Source of the DNA: Pseudomonadales bacterium
GTDB taxonomy: Bacteria; Pseudomonadota; Gammaproteobacteria; Pseudomonadales; Azotimanducaceae
Assembly: GCA_016779385.1 (NCBI GenBank)
Contig: JADHNT010000001.1
Location: forward strand, 602-64,601
Reading direction: 5' to 3'
DNA: 64,000 bases
Shown here: in pieces, positions 9,326-17,326 of the stretch
Numbering within the stretch: position 1 is the stretch's first letter
Layout: each line of letters opens with the position of its first letter
Notes under the pieces: model-generated
The model's database searches: none
The model's input: only the letters and a program-made list of their open reading frames with translations
Told to the model about the DNA's origin: nothing
Position numbers and translations under genes: made by a program

Positions 9326-10309
9326 GACGTGAGCACCCTGCCCCGCCGGCGCCCGATGCTGCACCACCGCATCGATAAGGAACTGCGCTTCCCCCACCGT
9401 GGGCTCGGCAGATAGGGCATCGCGACGAAGGGCCGCAAGGGCCGCGCGAAACACCAGAAGCCCCTTGCGCCAGTTCGGGACAATGGCCCGGGCGGAGACG
9501 GAATCGTGGCCCCGGCGCCGCACTTCTTCCCCAATCTCTGCGTAGATTAGGCGCGCCGCATGCATCCCTGGGCGACATCCCCGGGGCAGGCAGGCGATCC
9601 CACCCCGGGAACGCTCGTAAAAGGCATCGGCGCGAGACAGGAGACGGCGAAGGATGCGCTCGAGCTCGGGAGAAAACTGCGGCCTCGCCAGCCAGCGGTC
9701 CGGGTCTAAGCCCTCGTCCTGAAACCATTGGCGAGGCAGATATAGGCGCCCCATGCGCGCATCTTCTCCCACATCCCGGGCGACGTTGGACAGCTGCATG
9801 GCCACCCCGAGATCGCAGGCCCGGGCCAGGGTCTGGGGATCTCGCCCCCCCATGACCAAACTCATCATCGCTCCAACGGTGGCCGCTACGCGCGCGCAAT
9901 AGGCGAAAAGCGCTGCCTCGTCCTCGTAGTGCCGTTCACTCATATCCCAGCGCATGCCCTCAAGCAGCGCTTCGGGAATGGCCCGGGGAATGGCGAAGCG
10001 CTCCACCACCTGGCTAAAGGCCCGGTCCTCCGGACGATCCTCGGGACGGCCGGCGTACACGCGCTGGAGGCGAAGCTCAAGCTGCTCTACCGCATCCTCA
10101 GCGCGCCCCTCTCCATCCACCGCATCATCCACATCGCGACAGAATGCGTAGAGCGCCGTGGCACAGGCCGCCATATCCTGGGGCAGGAGCAGGGACGCCG
10201 CATAAAAGCTCCGGGAGCCGTTACGCAGACGCATGCGACACGCCTGAATATCCTCCACGGAAGGCAGAGGAACAGCAGGATTGGGCGGCTCAGGCAGCCC
10301 GCGGCGCAT
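9296..10309 (-). CDS. crtB: Phytoene synthase (CrtB)
   Basis: Squalene/phytoene synthase motifs YAFCRDVDDAVD and NVARDVGEDARMGRLYLP. Start overlaps the crtI stop by 20 nt. Confidence 0.9.
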   Translation of the reverse strand: MRRGLPEPPNPAVPLPSVEDIQACRMRLRNGSRSFYAASLLLPQDMAACATALYAFCRDVDDAVDGEGRAEDAVEQLELRLQRVYAGRPEDRPEDRAFSQVVERFAIPRAIPEALLEGMRWDMSERHYEDEAALFAYCARVAATVGAMMSLVMGGRDPQTLARACDLGVAMQLSNVARDVGEDARMGRLYLPRQWFQDEGLDPDRWLARPQFSPELERILRRLLSRADAFYERSRGGIACLPRGCRPGMHAARLIYAEIGEEVRRRGHDSVSARAIVPNWRKGLLVFRAALAALRRDALSAEPTVGEAQFLIDAVVQHRAPAGQGAHVLSPAGHAEG

Positions 10310-11774
10310 GGGGAATCAGGTGCTCAAGCACCTTAGCAGTAGACAGCACACCGGGGAGCCCGGCGCCAGGGTGGGTGCCCGCGCCAACGAGGTAAAGGCC
10401 CTCAACCTCCTCGCTACGGTTGTTGGGGCGGAACCAGGCCGACTGAAAGAGGATGGGCTCGAGGCTGAACCCTGCGCCCCGATAGCTATCGAGCCGATCT
10501 CGGAAATCGAGGGGCGTCATCATGCGCGACGTTTTTAGACGCTCGGTCAAACCCGGAAGCACCGTCGCCTCCAGTGCCGCCGCAATGCGTACCCGATAGG
10601 TTTCAGCCATGGTGGTCCAGTCCACCGCCGCATCGAGATTGGGCACCGGCGACAGCACATAGAAGGTTTCGCAGCCCGGCGGCGCCAAGCTTGGGTCCGT
10701 CGCCGTGGGACGGTGGAGATAGAGGCTGAAATCCTCGGCGAGGATCTTTTTCTTGAAGATATCGTCGAGCAGCCCCCGGTAGCGCGGCCCCATGAGAATG
10801 AGGTGATGGGGCACCTCGGGATAGGCCCCTTCCGTACCGAAGTACCACACAAAAAGCCCCATGGAGGAGCGACTCCGAGCCGCCTTCTTTGTGGTCCAGC
10901 GCTGCCGAGGACGATCGAGAAGCTTTTCATAGGTGTTGATGGCATCGGCGTTGGAGACGACCAGGGGCGCATCGAGGCGCTCCCCTGAGCGCAGCGTCAC
11001 TCCGCTTGCCTTGCCGTCCTCGGTGCGAATGGTCGCCACCGGCGCGTCGCAGCGCACCACACCCCCCTGCCCCTCGATGAGGCGCACCATGCCGTCGATG
11101 AGCGCCCCGGTGCCGCCCATAGCGAAGTGCACCCCGAAGCTGCGCTCGAGGTGGGCAATCAAGGTATAGATAGCCGTGGTACTGAAGGGATTGCCTCCGA
11201 CGAGAAGCGGATGAAAGCTAAAGACCACGCGCAGCCGCTCATCGGAAAAGTAACGACGAACGAGACCGTAAACCGTTTGGTAACCAGAGTTTCGGACGAG
11301 ATCCGGGGCAACGGAGAGCATGTCCGAGAAGCGGCTGAAGGGCCGATCCCCGAGGCGCTCGAAGAGCCCATAGATTTCCCGGCTCTTCACCATGAAACGA
11401 TCATAAGCCGGGAGGTCTTCGGGGCACAGCCGCTCCACTTCCGCCCGCATCTTCGCAGGGTCGGCGCTGTAGTTGAACACTGTGCCGTCGGCGAAGCGAA
11501 TCTGATAGGCCGGATCAAGCTCCACGAGCTTCACGTCATCGGCCAGGCGCCGCCCGCAGAGGGCCCAGAGTTCCTCGAAAAGAAAGGGCGCGGTGATGAT
11601 GGTGGGGCCGGCATCAAAAATGAAGCCATCCTGCTTGAACACGTAGGCCCGCCCGCCAGGGGCGTCCAAGGCCTCCAGGACCGTGACCTTATAACCCTTC
11701 GCCCCAAGGCGGATCGCCGCGGCGAGCCCTCCGAAACCGCTACCGATTACGATCGCTTGCTGCTGCTGTTCCAT
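10290..11774 (-). CDS. crtI: Phytoene desaturase (CrtI)
   Basis: MEQQQQAIVIGSGFGGLAAAIRLGAKGYKVTVLE FAD motif and C-terminal LYLVGAGTHPGAGLPGV. ORF 11924 trimmed to ATG 11774. Confidence 0.9.
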   Translation of the reverse strand: MEQQQQAIVIGSGFGGLAAAIRLGAKGYKVTVLEALDAPGGRAYVFKQDGFIFDAGPTIITAPFLFEELWALCGRRLADDVKLVELDPAYQIRFADGTVFNYSADPAKMRAEVERLCPEDLPAYDRFMVKSREIYGLFERLGDRPFSRFSDMLSVAPDLVRNSGYQTVYGLVRRYFSDERLRVVFSFHPLLVGGNPFSTTAIYTLIAHLERSFGVHFAMGGTGALIDGMVRLIEGQGGVVRCDAPVATIRTEDGKASGVTLRSGERLDAPLVVSNADAINTYEKLLDRPRQRWTTKKAARSRSSMGLFVWYFGTEGAYPEVPHHLILMGPRYRGLLDDIFKKKILAEDFSLYLHRPTATDPSLAPPGCETFYVLSPVPNLDAAVDWTTMAETYRVRIAAALEATVLPGLTERLKTSRMMTPLDFRDRLDSYRGAGFSLEPILFQSAWFRPNNRSEEVEGLYLVGAGTHPGAGLPGVLSTAKVLEHLIPHAPRAA

Positions 11775-11789
11775 GGCGCCCTCGGCGAC

Positions 11790-11807
11790 CGTCAATTTAG
11801 ACTGACA
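11790..11807. promoter_or_regulatory. Single PpsR/CrtJ-type palindrome between bchO and crtI
   Basis: CGTCAATTTAGACTGACA is a 9/10 match to TGTCA-N8-TGACA. It fills half of the 35-nt gap between the bchO stop (11810) and the crtI ATG (11774). Confidence 0.55.
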
Positions 11808-11809
11808 CC

Positions 11810-12664
11810 TTAACCCGTCATCTTCTTCAACGCATCCCCCGGGAACCACTCCGTGACCGCGGCTCCAAGCTCCACCGGAGCCTCCTCGTGGAGCAAATGC
11901 CCGAGGCCCGGAAAGGATCGCCAAGCGGCGCTGGGCAGGTAAGGCGCCAGGACCGCTCGAGGCGGCCGGGAATAGGTGCGATCCGCGGTTCCCGTAAGAA
12001 TCAGCAAAGGATCCTGAACCTGCGAAAGTGCTGGAGTCAGGCTCCGCAAATCCCAGTGCCGCATCAGGGCGAGGGCCCCCTCCCCATGGGACCGCTGGGC
12101 CAGGAGGTCCGCGTAGCCCTGAAGCTGCGCTCGGGGAAGGGTGGATCCGGTGTCGGCAATCAGGCGTCGCGCCAGACGCTCCGGGCTAGAGCTGGCCACG
12201 AGGCGCGAAAGCCAAGAGGGATAGCGACCGAGCAACTCCGCCGCCGCGGGGAAGAGCCACCGCTGCAGGCCCTTTAGGGGCAGCAGGGCAGGCGCCAGGA
12301 GGGCCAGGGGCAAGGGCGACCGGGCCCTCGCCGGCCTCTCAAGGCGATGCTGAAGAAGAATCGCTGCACCGGCAGAATGGCCCAAAGCCATGGCCCAGGG
12401 GATCGCGAGGGTGGAAAGCGCATCTCCCAGGCTCGCTGCCAGGGCCTGCCGCGTCGGGCGAAAGCCTGGCGCCAGGGGGCTCGCCCCATGGCCCGGGAGA
12501 TCGGGGGCCCAGAGCGCCCAGCGGCCCTCGAGCTGCTCGGCCAGGGGCCGAAACGAGTGAGAAGAAGCCCCTGTACCGTGAAGCGCAAGGACCGCGCGGG
12601 GGCCTTCGGAAAGCTGGGTGAAAACCCAGGGCTGGCCATACCCCAAGACCCTAACCCTTTCCAT
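11810..12664 (-). CDS. bchO: Magnesium chelatase accessory alpha/beta hydrolase (BchO)
   Basis: 284 aa alpha/beta hydrolase with LALHGTGASSHSF and nucleophile elbow GHSAG. Its ATG overlaps the bchD stop (TAATG), matching bchI-bchD-bchO order. Confidence 0.8.
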   Translation of the reverse strand: MERVRVLGYGQPWVFTQLSEGPRAVLALHGTGASSHSFRPLAEQLEGRWALWAPDLPGHGASPLAPGFRPTRQALAASLGDALSTLAIPWAMALGHSAGAAILLQHRLERPARARSPLPLALLAPALLPLKGLQRWLFPAAAELLGRYPSWLSRLVASSSPERLARRLIADTGSTLPRAQLQGYADLLAQRSHGEGALALMRHWDLRSLTPALSQVQDPLLILTGTADRTYSRPPRAVLAPYLPSAAWRSFPGLGHLLHEEAPVELGAAVTEWFPGDALKKMTG

Positions 12665-14508
12665 TATGGCGCGGCCACACTGCGTGGACGGGAAGCGGTC
12701 ACCAGCTGGGCAATGGCCCTGGCGCCCTGGCGCGGCAAGGGCGCATAGGCCGCCCCGAGGTGCTCTGCCAACGCCCGAGCCCGTGGTTCGGGGCGCCGCC
12801 CCGTGTCGAGCACGAGCCCGGCGAGCCCGGCGAAGGCAAAGGCCCGGGCGGCGCGCTCCGTGTCGGCCTGTGCCTGAGCGCGGTCGGCTCGACCGTCTAA
12901 AGCAATGTTGCCCCGCCCATCGGTGAGGAACACCACCAGGGGCTGACGTCCCTGGCGGGCGATGTCCTGGGCCAGGGTGGTGGCGTGCTGCACGGCCTTC
13001 GCCAAGGGGGTTGCGCCTCCACCGGGCACCCCCGCCAAGGCCCGCCGCGCGCGCACCAGGGCTCGGGTCTGCGGGAGCACAAGGTCGGTGTGCTCTCCGC
13101 GGAAAATCACCATGGCCACCTCATCCCGGCGTGCGTAGCTGTCCGCCAGCATGGCCTCCACCGCGCCCTTCGCTTCCCCGAGGCGCTGGAGGGCTGCGGA
13201 ACCGGAAGCATCCACGACAAATAGGGTGGTGGTTGCGGCCCGCGTTTCGTAGCACTGAATGCGAAAATCTTCCGGGGCCAGGGCAAAGCGAAGGCCCGGT
13301 GCCGGGGGTGGCCGCAGCTTTGCCAAGGGAGCTGCGGCGCGGAGGGTCGCGGGCACGTTTAGACGATCCCCTGGGACCAGGGCCCCGGCTCGCACCCCCC
13401 GGGGCCGACCCCGAAAGGCCAGCCTCGTGCGAGCTCCAACGCGCCCGGCGCGGGCCCTTTGGGCCTTCGCTACGGCGCTTGCGGCGGCTAGCCAGGCCTC
13501 CGGCACCGATGTAGCGATCGCCTCCAATAGCACTTCCGTAGACGCGGAAAGCCCTGCGGTGACCGGGTCCTCGGCCTGATCATCGCCCTCGGCGGCAGCC
13601 GGAGGCTCGGGGGCCTCAGCGGAGTCCGGGGGCGGCGCTGCGGGGGATGGCGAATCGGCCGGAGGCGACTCGCTGGCGAAAACCTGACGCGCCCGGGGGG
13701 CCAGCACCAGCGCCGCGGCGGAGGCCAGGGCCTCGGGCGCCTCGAAGGCGCAATCGGCCCAGGCGCACAGACAGCGAAGGGCCAGGGCCGCCTGGCCCAG
13801 GGCCCGGCTCGAAGGCACAGCCAGAGCGTCGGTGAGCTCTCCCAGAGCCCGAACCACGGTCCGGGGCAAAGGCCCCTGGGCCGCCAGCCGCGCCCGGGGC
13901 GCCCCCAGGCCTTCCTCGAGCGCCGCCAGAGCCCCCGGCGCCAGGGGTTCATCACCTTCCAGGAGTTCAAAAATCAGGGAGGCCTCGGGCCAAAGGTCCT
14001 CTTCCATGGGCAACGCAAGGGGCGGCGCCAGCACCGCGGGCTCAAAGAAGGGAAAGGCGAGCCGCTCCAGAAAGCGCTCCGGGGCTGCCTCCCCCGCATC
14101 CCCTTCATCCACCGCCAGCAGAATAAACCGGGCGGGGTAGGTTCCCTGGAGCCCTTCCCGGGCCACGGTCACGACCCCTCGATCAAGGGCATCCTGAAGC
14201 GCTGCGAGCACCGCCTCGGGCTGGCGTTCGGCCATGGGTAAGAGCAGGGCGCGGCCATGGGACTGGGCCAGGAGGCCTTGTTGAAGCTGGGGCCGGCCAA
14301 GGCGCACCGTGGCGCTTAGGTCGAGACCCCCATAGAGACGATCATCGGTGATGCCCAAGGGCACCCGGGGTAGCGGTTGCACTCCCAGGGCCGCAGAGGC
14401 AAAGGCCAGCCAACGCTGGCGCTGGGGCGAAGGGCGAGCCCGAAGAAGGAGCCCCCCGAGCTCCGGGGCCAGGCGAAGGCAGGCCAGGGCCGCAACGAAG
14501 GGATGCAT
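12664..14508 (-). CDS. bchD: Magnesium chelatase subunit D (BchD)
   Basis: 614 aa with an AAA-like N-domain. Has a Pro/acidic linker (PPADSPSPAAPPPDSAEAPEPPAAAEGDDQAEDP) and a C-terminal vWA domain with MIDAS motif VVDASGS. Confidence 0.9.
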   Translation of the reverse strand: MHPFVAALACLRLAPELGGLLLRARPSPQRQRWLAFASAALGVQPLPRVPLGITDDRLYGGLDLSATVRLGRPQLQQGLLAQSHGRALLLPMAERQPEAVLAALQDALDRGVVTVAREGLQGTYPARFILLAVDEGDAGEAAPERFLERLAFPFFEPAVLAPPLALPMEEDLWPEASLIFELLEGDEPLAPGALAALEEGLGAPRARLAAQGPLPRTVVRALGELTDALAVPSSRALGQAALALRCLCAWADCAFEAPEALASAAALVLAPRARQVFASESPPADSPSPAAPPPDSAEAPEPPAAAEGDDQAEDPVTAGLSASTEVLLEAIATSVPEAWLAAASAVAKAQRARAGRVGARTRLAFRGRPRGVRAGALVPGDRLNVPATLRAAAPLAKLRPPPAPGLRFALAPEDFRIQCYETRAATTTLFVVDASGSAALQRLGEAKGAVEAMLADSYARRDEVAMVIFRGEHTDLVLPQTRALVRARRALAGVPGGGATPLAKAVQHATTLAQDIARQGRQPLVVFLTDGRGNIALDGRADRAQAQADTERAARAFAFAGLAGLVLDTGRRPEPRARALAEHLGAAYAPLPRQGARAIAQLVTASRPRSVAAP

Positions 14509-14513
14509 GGGCC

Positions 14514-15542
14514 CTAGCCCGCCTCACCGGCGCCGAAGGTCTCCTCCAAGGCCCGGCGAATGCGCCCCTCCGAGCCCGTATCGTCTAACACGTTACGGCG
14601 AAGGCGATGACGCAGAGCCATCGGTGCGATCGCCGTGATATCGGCCTCGGTTACCGCCTTTCCACCGCGGAGCGCCGCCCTAGCCCGGGCAGCCCGGAGG
14701 ACCGTGAGTTCCCCGCGCAGGCCGTCGGTCCCGAGGCTAAGGCATAGCTGAGCGACCTTGCGAAGATGCGCTGGAGGCACGGTCACTTTCGGCAGCAAGC
14801 GCCGCGCCCGGGCAAGGCGCCGGCTGAGAGCGTCCGTTTCCTTGGCCCAGGCTTCGGTAAAAGCCTCGGGATCGCGCTCAAAGGCATCCCGTCGCAGCAC
14901 CACCTCCACGCGATCGTCGAGATCCTGGGGGGTGGAGACATCCACCGCCAGCCCAAAGCGATCCAGGAGTTGGGGCCGAAGCTCCCCCTCCTCCGGGTTT
15001 CCCGAGCCGATCAGCACAAAGCGCGCGGGATGGCGAACGCTAAGACCCTCGCGCTCAAGCACGTTTTCACCGGAAGCCGCCACGTCGAGCAGGAGATCCA
15101 CTAGATGATCATCGAGCAGGTTAATCTCATCGATGTAAAGAAAGCCCCGGTGCGCCCGGGCCAGAAGTCCCGGATCAAAGGCCCGTTCCCCTTGGGTCAG
15201 GGCCTTTTCCAAATCCAAAGCGCCCACCACCCGATCCTCCGTCGCCCCCAGGGGCAGGTCGACCACCGGCACCGGGGCCCAAGCACGCTTTTTCTCACCC
15301 CCATACCGGCAGGCCTCGCAGGCCCCGCCCACCCCTTCCGGATCGCAGCTGTAGGGACAGCCCTTCACCACTGCCATGCGCGGCAGCAGGGCCGCGAGGC
15401 CGCGCACCGCCGTGGATTTCCCCGTGCCGCGATCCCCGAAGACCATGACGCCCCCTAGACTGGGATCCACCACCGCCAGAAGCAGGGCTTGCTTCATCCC
15501 GTCCTGGGCAACGATGGCGGAAAAGGGATAGGGAACAGCCAT
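14514..15542 (-). CDS. bchI: Magnesium chelatase ATPase subunit I (BchI)
   Basis: ORF 15740 trimmed to ATG 15542, with AAGGAG SD 6 nt upstream. Reads MAVPYPFSAIVAQDGMKQALLLAVVDPSLGGVMVFGDRGTGKST (Walker A) and FLYIDEINLL (Walker B). Confidence 0.92.
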   Translation of the reverse strand: MAVPYPFSAIVAQDGMKQALLLAVVDPSLGGVMVFGDRGTGKSTAVRGLAALLPRMAVVKGCPYSCDPEGVGGACEACRYGGEKKRAWAPVPVVDLPLGATEDRVVGALDLEKALTQGERAFDPGLLARAHRGFLYIDEINLLDDHLVDLLLDVAASGENVLEREGLSVRHPARFVLIGSGNPEEGELRPQLLDRFGLAVDVSTPQDLDDRVEVVLRRDAFERDPEAFTEAWAKETDALSRRLARARRLLPKVTVPPAHLRKVAQLCLSLGTDGLRGELTVLRAARARAALRGGKAVTEADITAIAPMALRHRLRRNVLDDTGSEGRIRRALEETFGAGEAG

Positions 15543-15552
15543 GAAAGTCTCC

Positions 15553-16494
15553 TTAGGAGGCGCGGGCGAAGGGCGCCGCGATCGCCCCCAGACTGGAAGA
15601 CAGCGCCGAGGCGAAGGCCTCCGGCGCTTCAATATGAGGCAGGGCCCCGGTATCAAGCGCGTGCACCTGCACCGGTCCCTGGCTCTCTGCCACCAGGGCC
15701 GAGGCCCCGCGATAATCCTGAAAATCTCCCCGGCATCCATGAATGATCGTCTGCGGAACGGTAAGCGCCCGATAGAGCGATGCGGCGTCCCGGGAAAACA
15801 GCCGACCGCTTAAGAAGGCCAGCGGGGCGTGCTCCGCCCCTCGCACCTGGGCGACCTCGCAGGCGGCGCGCCACAGCCCCTCGTCGATTTCCGAGCGCCC
15901 AAAGGTGCGGCGAAGGAAGTAGCGAATCACCGAGGGGCGGCGGAGCAAGCGGAAGGCCCAGCGCCCAATCGCACGCCCATGTAGCCAGCCATAGACACGC
16001 TCACTCCCCCGGTGGGGAAGCGGTTGCTCCGGTGGCGCCAACGGCTCGCCCCGCTGCACGGCCCGGTTATCGAGCCCCGTGGGGGAAATCCAAAGCACCG
16101 CTGGCGGCTTTAGTGCCCCCCTGTGCACAGCCCGGGCCGCGAACTCCGCGCTGAGAGAGAGGGCGCAGAGCACCGGCGCCTGCCCTGCCCGATCAGCCAC
16201 CCAGCGCTGGGCTTCGGTGATGGCCGCGACGTAGTCCTCGATGGCGTAGCGGTGGCAAGGCCGAGGCGCATCCCCAAAGCCCGGTAAATCCAAAAGAGCG
16301 ACGGACGCATCGGCACTCAGACGCTGGGCCAGAGGCGCCAGCTCAGCGCTCGAAGCCGCCGCATTAATAGAGTGCACCAGGAGCCAGGGGGGCGCAGTGC
16401 TCCCCTCCGCGGGGTGCCAGCGAAGCGCGGCTTCAAGGCCCCGTGCCCGAAGGCTGACCTGGGGCCAGGCCAGAGGTGCAAAGCTGTCATCCAT
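15553..16494 (-). CDS. Alpha/beta hydrolase fold protein, function unknown (embedded in the PGC)
   Basis: 313 aa with LLVHSINAAAS, DLPGFGDAP, a possible nucleophile elbow ALSLS and a C-terminal ALPHIEAPEAF His region. Its ATG overlaps the stop of the upstream membrane-protein gene (ATGGATGA). Its stop lies 10 nt before the bchI ATG. Confidence 0.6.
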   Translation of the reverse strand: MDDSFAPLAWPQVSLRARGLEAALRWHPAEGSTAPPWLLVHSINAAASSAELAPLAQRLSADASVALLDLPGFGDAPRPCHRYAIEDYVAAITEAQRWVADRAGQAPVLCALSLSAEFAARAVHRGALKPPAVLWISPTGLDNRAVQRGEPLAPPEQPLPHRGSERVYGWLHGRAIGRWAFRLLRRPSVIRYFLRRTFGRSEIDEGLWRAACEVAQVRGAEHAPLAFLSGRLFSRDAASLYRALTVPQTIIHGCRGDFQDYRGASALVAESQGPVQVHALDTGALPHIEAPEAFASALSSSLGAIAAPFARAS

Positions 16495-17209
16495 GAGCGG
16501 GCGTGCGCCGAAAGCGCCGGCGAACTTGGGCCTGGTGGTAAAGAATCAGGCCTAGGCCCGTGCCGAGGGGAAAGGACCAGAGCACCGGAGACAGGGCCAG
16601 CTCGGGCATGAGGCGCACGGCGCCGAAGGCCAAAAAGGCCGTATAGACGGAAATGCCCGCGCCCACGAGGGCCTTGATGTGCTCCAGCTGCCAGCCCCAG
16701 GGCAGGGGGTCCCGCTGAAACATGAAGTACAGGTTGGTGGCTGCTGCGGCGATACCAACCACGGAGATGCCCATCATGAGCACCTGACCCAGGAGCCAGC
16801 CCTGCCAGGCGCAGTTCGCTGCGGCTACAAACAGGAGTGCTTGGCTGGCGAGCCACAGGGGCTGGCGATGCGCCTCATGACGCCGGCGATAGCGAATGCA
16901 GAGCCAGCCATAGACCGCCAGGTTCACCGTGAGGAAGGCCAGATACAGCATCATCCAGCCAAAGATGCCTGCGACGAGGGGGCCGTCGGTCATGAACGGG
17001 TGGGTCCCCAGGGGATCGGCAATGGTGCACAGGGCCATGCCCGTGGCGAAGGCACCGGTGGCGATCATGGCCACATTGAAGATGCGACCCCAGCGAAGAT
17101 GCAGCGCCCCGCCCTTCTTGCTGAGCACGGGCACCCAGAAGGCCACGAGCCCCACGGCCCCAGTGGTGATGTGCCCGGCAAGAAATCCGTGAAACGCATC
17201 CATGCCCAT
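16487..17209 (-). CDS. Polytopic integral membrane protein, function unknown (embedded in the PGC)
   Basis: 240 aa with about 6-7 hydrophobic spans, such as GAVGLVAFWVPVL, VAMIATGAFATGMALCTI, IFGWMMLYLAFLTVNLAVYGWLCI and LVGAGISVYTAFLAFGAV. GC3-rich codon usage supports coding. I recognise no family motif. Start is either ATG 17209 or ATG 17203. Confidence 0.55.
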   Translation of the reverse strand: MGMDAFHGFLAGHITTGAVGLVAFWVPVLSKKGGALHLRWGRIFNVAMIATGAFATGMALCTIADPLGTHPFMTDGPLVAGIFGWMMLYLAFLTVNLAVYGWLCIRYRRRHEAHRQPLWLASQALLFVAAANCAWQGWLLGQVLMMGISVVGIAAAATNLYFMFQRDPLPWGWQLEHIKALVGAGISVYTAFLAFGAVRLMPELALSPVLWSFPLGTGLGLILYHQAQVRRRFRRTPAHG

Positions 17210-17213
17210 AGCC

Positions 17214-17231
17214 TGTCAACTAAAGGTGACG
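17214..17231. promoter_or_regulatory. PpsR/CrtJ-type palindrome in the gap between the bchI-operon head and the P450 gene
   Basis: TGTCAACTAAAGGTGACG is a 9/10 match to TGTCA-N8-TGACA. It sits in the 117-nt divergent gap 17210-17326. Confidence 0.5.
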
Positions 17232-17326
17232 TCAGTGTGCCTTGGCGCTTATGCTCGGGCAAGGACTGACCCGCGGCCCCTTGATCTTCCTCAAGGCGCA
17301 CCGCACCGGGAGAACGCCCAGCGCCC

